Positions 34,306-41,106 of a stretch of 44,084 bases of DNA are shown piece by piece. The stretch covers positions 1 to 44,084 of the IMG/VR virus record IMGVR_UViG_3300012940_000012; one strand, written 5' to 3'. Both the position numbers and the translations under genes were made by a program. This DNA comes from a virus (lineage: Duplodnaviria; Caudoviricetes). The notes below the pieces were generated by a model that was not told where the DNA came from, did no database searches, and saw only the letters and a list, made by a program, of their open reading frames with translations. Every line of letters begins with the position of its first letter. Within the stretch, counting starts at the first letter, position 1.

Positions 34306-34341
34306 GAGAGAAAAATGCCGCCGCAGACCATCCGCGGCGGC
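34306..34341 (-). terminator. Terminator-like hairpin directly upstream of the tad1 RBS
   Basis: Minus strand GCCGCCGCGGA-TGG-TCTGCGGCGGC-A-TTTTT. Confidence 0.6.
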
Positions 34342-34358
34342 GGTGATCGTGCGTGAGG

Positions 34359-34667
34359 TCAGACCTTCGGCGGCCACTCCCACCAGCGGGCAAATTCAGC
34401 CGTCTTGTCGACGGCATGCCCCGGCAAAACGCTGCCGACGTCGTATGGAGCGCCCATCGACGGCAGCACTTTCAGGTTGACGTAAGGGCCATCCCAGACT
34501 TGCGCGACAACGGCGGGATACGGTCCTTCGCCGGCGCCGTTGAACTGGTGGTCGGGATTGCGCGTGAAAAAGTGAACGATGCGGCCGACGCTCGGCTTCG
34601 GCGCGTTCTGCGCCACGCCAAGGTCGGAACCGAGCGTCGTTCCGGCAGATTGATCACTAGGCGACAT
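34359..34667 (-). CDS. Phage hypothetical protein (PSVGRIVH...WEWPPKV)
   Basis: Small beta-rich protein; AGAGGAGA RBS; directly upstream of tad1. Confidence 0.75.
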   Translation of the reverse strand: MSPSDQSAGTTLGSDLGVAQNAPKPSVGRIVHFFTRNPDHQFNGAGEGPYPAVVAQVWDGPYVNLKVLPSMGAPYDVGSVLPGHAVDKTAEFARWWEWPPKV

Positions 34668-34902
34668 CGCGTGCTTTCTCCTCTTTTGTGTAGGGTTTCC
34701 GGTGCAGCCATTCCGGCATCCACACCGTTGCCGTGCCGTCGGCGTTCTCCTCGAGCACGATCGATTTCAGCGGCAGGAACTTCTTGCCGATGCCGTCATG
34801 CAGCAGCACCGACTTGTCCGATCGCCAGACGATGCGGCCGTTGACTTCCCACTTGCCGGCCTTGGTGGCGTCGCTGCTCGTTGCCGAATGCTTGAAAGCC
34901 AT
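34657..34902 (-). CDS. Small beta-rich hypothetical phage protein
   Basis: SDKSVLL...FLPLKSI...VWMPEWL motif; overlaps the downstream gene. Confidence 0.65.
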   Translation of the reverse strand: MAFKHSATSSDATKAGKWEVNGRIVWRSDKSVLLHDGIGKKFLPLKSIVLEENADGTATVWMPEWLHRKPYTKEEKARDVA

Positions 34903-34904
34903 GG

Positions 34905-35087
34905 TCACCGCCCCATCTGCTCGCGCTGGATGCGCAGCGCCTGGCGCATGCGCACGGTCCAGCTCGCCTGCCACTCGCGTTCGGCCTTGGCGCGCGCCCG
35001 CCAATGCGCCGTTGCGTTCAGCTGTTCAGGGCTGACGGGAAAGGCGGCCATGTCGGGGGCTTCGTCGACGACGGTTTCGCGCAACAT
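34905..35087 (-). CDS. Hypothetical protein
   Basis: Fills the gap in a tightly packed operon. Confidence 0.5.
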   Translation of the reverse strand: MLRETVVDEAPDMAAFPVSPEQLNATAHWRARAKAEREWQASWTVRMRQALRIQREQMGR

Positions 35088-35090
35088 GGC

Positions 35091-36596
35091 TCACCCCGCC
35101 GCTTCGACGAGGCGCGGATACGTGCCGCGGATCTTCACGTCGACGAAATGCAGCTCGCCGCCGATCACGTCGGTTTCGAGATCGGCGATCTCGGGAAAGA
35201 GCTCGAGGAACACGCGCTCGGGCATCACGCGCGCCGTCGCCCAGGCGACATAGCGCGCATACATGTCGCCGCCCGAGACGAGGCCACCCGGATAGGCCTC
35301 GACTTCCTTCGCCTTGAACAGCAAGAGGTGATCGGCCTTGCGCTGGTAGCCCGAGCGATCGACCGGCGCGCCCGTCTCGATCGCCGGCGGCGCCGGCAGC
35401 AACGCGGCACCAGGCGCCGACCCGCTTGCACCGGCACGCAGATCCGGTGGCGGCAGCATCGGCGCCTGGCCCTTCACCTCCGCCGCAGGGGCAGCCGGAG
35501 ATCCGACGTTGATGGTGATCGGCGCGGACTGTTGCGGCCCCGAAGGGCTGGCGGGGTACGCACGACCAGACCCCGCCGCTCCCTCACTCGAGGCTCCGGC
35601 CATCGGCCGGTCACTCCCCGCGCGAAACTGTTCCTGCGGGCGCGACACGCCCGGCGCGTCACCCCGGCCATCAGCGCGCAATCGCTCGATGTCGGGGTGA
35701 TACGCCTCGTCCCGCGGCGCATAAGAAATCTGCCGGTCACCCCAATGCATCGCCCACTTGTCTTCCAGCGGATCGCGCGCCGGGCGCGGCTTGTCGACGT
35801 GTCCCCACCGCGTCGGCAGATAGGCGCCGATCACCGCAGCGCCGGCGAACATCAGTGCCTGCAGCAACGCCTCGAAGTTCCAGCCACCCGCGCGATGCCA
35901 GCCATAGGTGGCGTTCATGCCGGCTTCCACGAACAGGAACACCAGCGGCACGCACGCCATCGGCTTGTCGATGAACAGCAGATGCTTGCGCTCGAACACC
36001 TCCTCGTGCGTGACGCCGACGAACTTGAAGCCGAACGTCGCGAAGAAGGCGCAGGCGAAGACGATGAACACTATGAACCAGAAATGCGCGGCCTGCTCGG
36101 CAGCGGCGACCGCGTCAGCATCCTCGCCGATCCAGCCCATGCGCTTGGCGATGCCGACCGGCACAGCGACGTCGACCTCGCCGGCAGCCGTTGCCGGCTT
36201 GCTTTCCAGCGCCTTGAGCGCGGACGGGATCAGCTTGGTGTCGAGTTCGATCGCGCGATCGACGGCAGCGAGCTCGCCCTTGAGCTTCGTCGCATTCGGG
36301 CCATCGCCGTTGGGATACTTGGCGCTGGTCTTGCGCAGCTCGAGGTCGAGCTCCGCGGCGACAGTGCCCCTCGGGCGCGGCGTCTCGATCTTCGAGCGCT
36401 CGTCCTGCAGCTTCTTGAGGTCGCTGGCCGCCGTCGACGAGCTCGTCGACGCCACGCTGCGGCGCGCGCCATCATCCGCGAGCATGCGCCCGGTGACGGC
36501 CCAGCCGCACACCTGGCTCCAGATGAAGCAGATGGCGATGCCGAGTGCCAGGCCGAAGCGCGCGCCTCGATTGGAAGGCTTCTTGATCGTGCTCAT
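35091..36596 (-). CDS. Multi-TM protein with periplasmic coiled coil, Pro-rich linker and possible C-terminal winged helix
   Basis: TM, coiled region, three more TMs, Pro/Ala-rich linker, terminal GGLVSGGDMYARYVAWA domain. Confidence 0.75.
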   Translation of the reverse strand: MSTIKKPSNRGARFGLALGIAICFIWSQVCGWAVTGRMLADDGARRSVASTSSSTAASDLKKLQDERSKIETPRPRGTVAAELDLELRKTSAKYPNGDGPNATKLKGELAAVDRAIELDTKLIPSALKALESKPATAAGEVDVAVPVGIAKRMGWIGEDADAVAAAEQAAHFWFIVFIVFACAFFATFGFKFVGVTHEEVFERKHLLFIDKPMACVPLVFLFVEAGMNATYGWHRAGGWNFEALLQALMFAGAAVIGAYLPTRWGHVDKPRPARDPLEDKWAMHWGDRQISYAPRDEAYHPDIERLRADGRGDAPGVSRPQEQFRAGSDRPMAGASSEGAAGSGRAYPASPSGPQQSAPITINVGSPAAPAAEVKGQAPMLPPPDLRAGASGSAPGAALLPAPPAIETGAPVDRSGYQRKADHLLLFKAKEVEAYPGGLVSGGDMYARYVAWATARVMPERVFLELFPEIADLETDVIGGELHFVDVKIRGTYPRLVEAAG

Positions 36597-37060
36597 GCGG
36601 GTTCTCCCATCAGCTGCAGCTCGGCTTCATCGAGCATGCGATCGACGATCGGATCGGAACGGCGCTCTTCAACGGCCGCAAGTGCCAGGCGCATCGCCGT
36701 GTGCGAGATGCCGGCGGCGCGCGCGAGCGAGCGATGCCCGCGGCCGAACACGGTGGCCGCCAGGTAGAGCGCATCCTGCCGCGCTGCGACGAGCGCACGG
36801 ATGCGATCGATTTCCCCCGGGTCCGCTTCCCACGCGTAGGCGATCGAACGAATGCGGCCGGTGTCCTCGTCGCGATCGACGATGCGCACGCCCTTCAGCT
36901 GGATCAGCTTGTGCGTTTCGGAGGGCGAGGGGCCGCTGCGGATTTGCGCCGCCGGAAGATTGCGCCGAAGCGCGACGATCTCGCACGCGGCGAGGAATGC
37001 CGCATGCGATTGCAGCCGATCGGCTGAGGCGCACAAGCGGCGCGCGAGAGCCTTGTTCAT
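36593..37060 (-). CDS. DnaA C-terminal-like HTH DNA-binding protein
   Basis: ARQDALYLA...SLARAAGISHTAMRLAL..VEERRSDP resembles DnaA domain IV. Confidence 0.65.
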   Translation of the reverse strand: MNKALARRLCASADRLQSHAAFLAACEIVALRRNLPAAQIRSGPSPSETHKLIQLKGVRIVDRDEDTGRIRSIAYAWEADPGEIDRIRALVAARQDALYLAATVFGRGHRSLARAAGISHTAMRLALAAVEERRSDPIVDRMLDEAELQLMGEPA

Positions 37061-37239
37061 GATTTGCCTCCCGAGACGGGAGGCGGCGTTGCGCCGGTGC
37101 TTCGACTGCCGTCGCTCGCACCGGGGGCCTGGCCGCCGTTGGCGCTGCGGATGCAGCGCAGCTCGGCGAAGAATGCGGCGATGTCCTCGGCGCTATCCGC
37201 CGGTGAAATCGACACGCGGCCGTCGATCAAGCGCTGCAT
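37057..37239 (-). CDS. Hypothetical protein
   Basis: GAGG RBS; ATGA overlap with the downstream gene. Confidence 0.5.
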   Translation of the reverse strand: MQRLIDGRVSISPADSAEDIAAFFAELRCIRSANGGQAPGASDGSRSTGATPPPVSGGKS

Positions 37240-37333
37240 CGTGACGGCCTCTCAGGCAAACGGGTTCGCGTTCGCATCGGGGATCTCCCTGCGTTGGCAC
37301 CAACTCGAAACGCGACTGGAAAAACGGAACGGA

Positions 37334-37579
37334 CTAGAGCGGCGGCGAGTGACCGTCCGCCGCCGGCAACTGCCGGCGGGCGATGCGGCCGAGTTCTTCT
37401 TTCAGGACGTCGCGCACGGTTTTGAGCGATCGGCGGGTGGGAACACCGCCCCCAGGTTCGCCACGCAACCAACGCTTCCACCGGGTGTAGCTGGAGATGT
37501 TCAGCTGCCCCCGCTCACAGACGATCGCCTGAGTGAGCCGAAGCTCCTCGCGGAGTGCGTCAAGTTCGGCGAAATTCAT
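37334..37579 (-). CDS. cro: Cro-like HTH regulator
   Basis: LDALREELRLTQAIVCERGQLNISSYTRW XRE-type HTH; divergent from the repressor. Confidence 0.75.
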   Translation of the reverse strand: MNFAELDALREELRLTQAIVCERGQLNISSYTRWKRWLRGEPGGGVPTRRSLKTVRDVLKEELGRIARRQLPAADGHSPPL

Positions 37580-37618
37580 TTCGTCGACCGAAACCGGCAG
37601 ATGCGTAGGAATTTGTCC

Positions 37619-37712
37619 ATGCATTTGCGCATAAAACAATGCGAAATCCGATATGGTCAAGCGAACTTTGCATGTATCCCCAGCCTACAATCCTCCGGTA
37701 CGCGAAATGCAT
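37619..37712. promoter_or_regulatory. cI/cro operator region with ATGC-N6-GCAT-like 14-mers
   Basis: ATGCATTTGCGCAT (37619-37632), ATGCGAAATCCGAT (37639-37652), TACGCGAAATGCAT (37699-37712); related ATGCATTTTCGCAT at 38430-38443. Confidence 0.65.
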
Positions 37713-38322
37713 GGAGCTGAGCCGCGAGGACATCCGCGCCTGGCTTAACCAGGTGCTAAGAAAAACAGGGGAGAGCGCAACCGCGCTGGCCAAGCGCGCG
37801 GGCATTGCACAATCGACCCTGACGCGGTTCCTGAACGACGACGAGGCGCCCATGCTGGGGCTGCGGACGATCACCAAGATCGCCCATGCCACCGGCGAGC
37901 AGCCGATCATCGGCGTCGCCGGCGCCACCGGCCGCCCGGCGCAGGCGCTCGAGGAAGGCGCGAAACGCTACGAGGCCGAGGAAAATTCTCCCATAACGGC
38001 TGCCGTTTCTGCCCTGATCGCCGACAAGAAGGCCGCCGACGCCTGGGAACTTGGCACCGGTGCCGGGCTCGAGCTCGCGGGATACTTCGCCGGCGACATT
38101 CTCATCGTCGACCTCAACGAGACGGCGCAGCCGGGTGATCTCGTGTGCGCCCAGGATTACCGCTGGAGCGAGGGCAAGGCCGAGACCGTGTTCCGGTTCT
38201 ACGATCCGCCCTATCTGACCACGCCCAGCCGCGAGGAAGGGCTGCGCAAGCCGCTGCTGGTCGACAACGATCGCGTGGTGATCAAGGGCGTCGTCATCGG
38301 CTCGCTGCGCCCGCGCAGATAG
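37711..38322 (+). CDS. cI: CI-like repressor (HTH plus degenerate S24-like domain)
   Basis: SATALAKRAGIAQSTLTRFLN HTH; GDILIVD...PGDLVCA...IKGVVIG C-terminal S24-type fold. Confidence 0.88.
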   Translation: MELSREDIRAWLNQVLRKTGESATALAKRAGIAQSTLTRFLNDDEAPMLGLRTITKIAHATGEQPIIGVAGATGRPAQALEEGAKRYEAEENSPITAAVSALIADKKAADAWELGTGAGLELAGYFAGDILIVDLNETAQPGDLVCAQDYRWSEGKAETVFRFYDPPYLTTPSREEGLRKPLLVDNDRVVIKGVVIGSLRPRR

Positions 38323-38395
38323 TTACTTTTCAATAACCGAACGTTGTGCAAGGCTGTGGATAACTACGCGGCATTTTTCGCTGCGCCAGGTGTGT

Positions 38396-38453
38396 ATTGT
38401 TTTTCGCATATGCATTTTCCGTCTGGACAATGCATTTTCGCATGATTTAGGCT
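38396..38453 (+). promoter_or_regulatory. Repressor-controlled early promoter (pL-like)
   Basis: TGGACA-N18-TAGGCT with ATGCATTTTCGCAT in the spacer and two degenerate copies upstream. Confidence 0.6.
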
Positions 38454-38465
38454 GCCTCCGTTGTA

Positions 38466-38580
38466 AGGGCGTTTACTCCCAGGGGCCGGCCGCGATCTCG
38501 AAGCGTTGCTTTCAGCGGCATCTAATCAAGCGCTTTCCTCCCGTCTCGGCCGGCCCCGAGCTTTTTTGAGAGTGCGCCCT
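38466..38580 (+). ncRNA. Candidate structured leader RNA (~115-nt rod-like hairpin)
   Basis: AGGGCG/CGCCCT outer stem, 11-bp GGGGCCGGCCG/CGGCCGGCCCC stem, inner AAGCG/CGCTT stem, T6 run. Confidence 0.45.
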
Positions 38581-38599
38581 CCGTTCAGCCGGAGGCCTC

Positions 38600-38992
38600 A
38601 TGCTACTTCCCGACGTCACCCCGGCCGGTCAGATCGTTTTTGTCGACTACCGGCCCTCGCATCCCAGCTACGCGATGCTCACCCTCGCCACCGGCGGCAC
38701 GTGCCTTTTGCACGTCACCCGCGCCGGCGAGAAATTCGAGGCGACGATCACCGGGCTCGACATGGCCGTGGTCGATGCGCAGCTGCAGGCCGATCTGATG
38801 GGCGCGCGGCTCTGGCTCGACCGCCAGGCCGCCGCCTACATGCGCGAGGTGCGCCGCCTCGATATCGCCCGCCGCTTGCTCGCCGACGCCGAGGAAGGCT
38901 GCGCCCTGATCCGCGCCGATTACGACCGCTACCGGCTGCAGCAACTCATCCCCGTCGGCGCCACGCCGCACACCTCGCACGAGGTGCTGTGA
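38600..38992 (+). CDS. Hypothetical protein, first gene of the early operon
   Basis: GGAGG RBS; coupled to the next gene. Confidence 0.7.
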   Translation: MLLPDVTPAGQIVFVDYRPSHPSYAMLTLATGGTCLLHVTRAGEKFEATITGLDMAVVDAQLQADLMGARLWLDRQAAAYMREVRRLDIARRLLADAEEGCALIRADYDRYRLQQLIPVGATPHTSHEVL

Positions 38993-39318
38993 TGCGCGCG
39001 CTCAATGCCGGTCAAGTCGCCGCTGAACTCGGCCGGTCCCTCGAGTGGCTCTACGACAACCACAAGCGGCTGGCGCGCGAAAAGAAGATGCCGCGCCCGC
39101 TCTTCTCCGACGGCACGCTGCGCTGGAACGCGGCGCAGTTCTACGCCTGGCTCGATCGCGATCTGCCCAAGGATCAGAAAGCGGCCGTGGCGGCGTTGCG
39201 CGCGGTGCATCAGGCCGCGATGGAGGCCTACGGCGGCCACGATCCACGCGCCGGCGACGAGGACGCCGAGGCCGAGCGCTGGAAAGACCTGCTCGATGCC
39301 CGCTTCGGGGGGCACTGA
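38992..39318 (+). CDS. AlpA/excisionase-like winged-HTH protein
   Basis: LNAGQVAAELGRSLEWLY...MPRP...LRWNAAQFYAWLD. Confidence 0.75.
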   Translation: MRALNAGQVAAELGRSLEWLYDNHKRLAREKKMPRPLFSDGTLRWNAAQFYAWLDRDLPKDQKAAVAALRAVHQAAMEAYGGHDPRAGDEDAEAERWKDLLDARFGGH

Positions 39319-39446
39319 TGCGGCGCGTTTTCGAAGCGGCCTACTGCATCGGTGCGCTGATCGTCTGGCTGATCATCGTCTATCCGGCGCAGTGCTTCTG
39401 GCGCTGGCTGCATGACGAAACCGAGGAAGATGGGAGCGGAGATTGA
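39318..39446 (+). CDS. 42-aa single-TM peptide
   Basis: TGATG coupling; hydrophobic core. Confidence 0.5.
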   Translation: MRRVFEAAYCIGALIVWLIIVYPAQCFWRWLHDETEEDGSGD

Positions 39447-39721
39447 CAGTGCGCCTAGACGACACGACCGAACTCGCGCCGTCGCCGTGCTGCGAATGCA
39501 AGCATGTCGTCGACCACGCCACCGGCGACGGACAGCCCTCGCCCGGAGATTGGACACTGTGCATACGCTGCGGCTCGCTCAACGTCTTCGATGACAATCT
39601 GATGCTCCGTGCGCCGACGCTCGACGAGTTTCTCGACGCTGCGAAGAATTCGGACGTGCAGCGCAAACGCCGCGCGATCCTCGCGTTCAACAGCAAGATG
39701 GGGAAGGACAAGACGGCATGA
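39443..39721 (+). CDS. Zinc-finger hypothetical protein
   Basis: CCECKH...CIRCG. Confidence 0.65.
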   Translation: MTVRLDDTTELAPSPCCECKHVVDHATGDGQPSPGDWTLCIRCGSLNVFDDNLMLRAPTLDEFLDAAKNSDVQRKRRAILAFNSKMGKDKTA

Positions 39722-40041
39722 AGCTCACGTGGAAGAAATCGACGGGCGGCACGCCGCTGCGGCGGCCGGTGCACTACGCCGTTGCCGATGGTATGCGCTA
39801 CGAGGTGTCAGGCGCGGCCCATTCGTTCACAGCGCGCGTCTATCGCCTCAACACGACGCGCGCGCCGGCGATGCTGGTCGCCTACGACGACGACCGACTG
39901 CAGAAGTGCCTCGACTGGTGCCAGCGCTTCGAGGACGGGCGATCGCTATCGCAGGCGAGAGCGAACAGAGTGCGCCAGCGTCCGCCGGCCGTGCCGCGTT
40001 TGAAGCCGCGCGTGCTCGTCCGCAATGCCAACATCGGGTGA
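39718..40041 (+). CDS. Hypothetical protein
   Basis: ATGA overlap; AAGGA RBS. Confidence 0.6.
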   Translation: MKLTWKKSTGGTPLRRPVHYAVADGMRYEVSGAAHSFTARVYRLNTTRAPAMLVAYDDDRLQKCLDWCQRFEDGRSLSQARANRVRQRPPAVPRLKPRVLVRNANIG

Positions 40042-40045
40042 GCCC

Positions 40046-40294
40046 ATGGCACTCCGGGATCTGACGCCGGTCGAAGCGCACGCGCTCGACGAGCTCAACG
40101 CCTACAAGACGGATGCATGTTCGTGCATCTGCCCGCACTGTCTAGAGTTCGTGATGATCGCCGGCATCACCGCCAAGCCTGGCGTGGTGTGCTGCCCGGA
40201 TTGCAAAGAGTTGTTCGCCGCGTGGCGCCGGCAGATACCGGAAACGCGATCGGCGAAGATGCCGGTCATGCCGGAGGCCGCCGGCGCTAAATGA
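40046..40294 (+). CDS. Zinc-ribbon hypothetical protein
   Basis: CPHC...CPDC. Confidence 0.6.
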   Translation: MALRDLTPVEAHALDELNAYKTDACSCICPHCLEFVMIAGITAKPGVVCCPDCKELFAAWRRQIPETRSAKMPVMPEAAGAK

Positions 40295-40376
40295 TCGAGC
40301 TACCCACCATCGTCGGCGGCCTGATGCTGGGAACAGCGCTGGCCGCCGGTTTGATTCTCTGGATAAGGGATCGGTT

Positions 40377-40631
40377 ATGAGCAACGTCACCATGCGCCTG
40401 CTACCCCACTTCCTGCGCCAGTGGCTGCAACGCGCCGAAATCACCGACGGCGCGACCGAACTCACCGCCACCTACCAGATCCACGAGATCCTGAAGAAGC
40501 TTCCGGCGGAGAGCCAGCGCCGCGCGCTGCAGCACGTCGCCGATATCCTCGAAGAGAACGTGGCCCAGCAGGCCCGCTTTGCCGCCGCCCTCGAGGCGCA
40601 GGACCAGGCCGACCAACGGAGAACCGCATGA
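40377..40631 (+). CDS. Hypothetical protein
   Basis: AAGGGA RBS; helical; coupled to the next gene. Confidence 0.6.
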   Translation: MSNVTMRLLPHFLRQWLQRAEITDGATELTATYQIHEILKKLPAESQRRALQHVADILEENVAQQARFAAALEAQDQADQRRTA

Positions 40632-40873
40632 GCGACCCACCTTTCCGCATCGAGCAACACATCAGGCCTTTCCCTGATGGCAGCGGGTACCACTATACCG
40701 TCGCGGTGAAGCGCGACGCGCTGAACGGCGAAATGTCGCTTGTTATCAATAGCAGCGGCGACGACGCGATTATCCACGTCGAAGCCTGGACCGAGGTGCG
40801 CGACGCGATCGACGCCATGACCGAATTTGCCGACGAGCAGGACCGCCGGCGGCCGAGCGCTCGGCAAGGTTGA
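40628..40873 (+). CDS. Hypothetical protein
   Basis: GGAGA RBS; ATGA overlap. Confidence 0.6.
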   Translation: MSDPPFRIEQHIRPFPDGSGYHYTVAVKRDALNGEMSLVINSSGDDAIIHVEAWTEVRDAIDAMTEFADEQDRRRPSARQG

Positions 40874-40898
40874 GATTTTCCCCCAGCAGGAGGACAAT

Positions 40899-41099
40899 AT
40901 GCGCTTTTCCAGCTGTGAGGTTGATCAGATGCCAAAATGGAAAAGCATCAAGATTGGTAACATCGAAGGTGCTGTCGATCTTGAACAGGTCGCGGCAGTG
41001 AAGAAGGCCGGCAAGAACTTGGTGCACATCTTTCTGAAGAGCGGGCAGAAGCTCGATATGGTGCAGGGAGAGGTCGACGAGTTCCTCCTCCCGGAATGA
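40899..41099 (+). CDS. Small hypothetical protein
   Basis: AGGAGGA RBS before ATG 40899 (alternative start 40929); ends 7 bp before the integrase. Confidence 0.55.
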   Translation: MRFSSCEVDQMPKWKSIKIGNIEGAVDLEQVAAVKKAGKNLVHIFLKSGQKLDMVQGEVDEFLLPE

Positions 41100-41106
41100 G
41101 AATACA

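Noticed and set aside
35004-36767. 587-aa plus-strand ORF
   Set aside because: Antisense to the 501-aa membrane protein, which fits the coupled minus-strand operon
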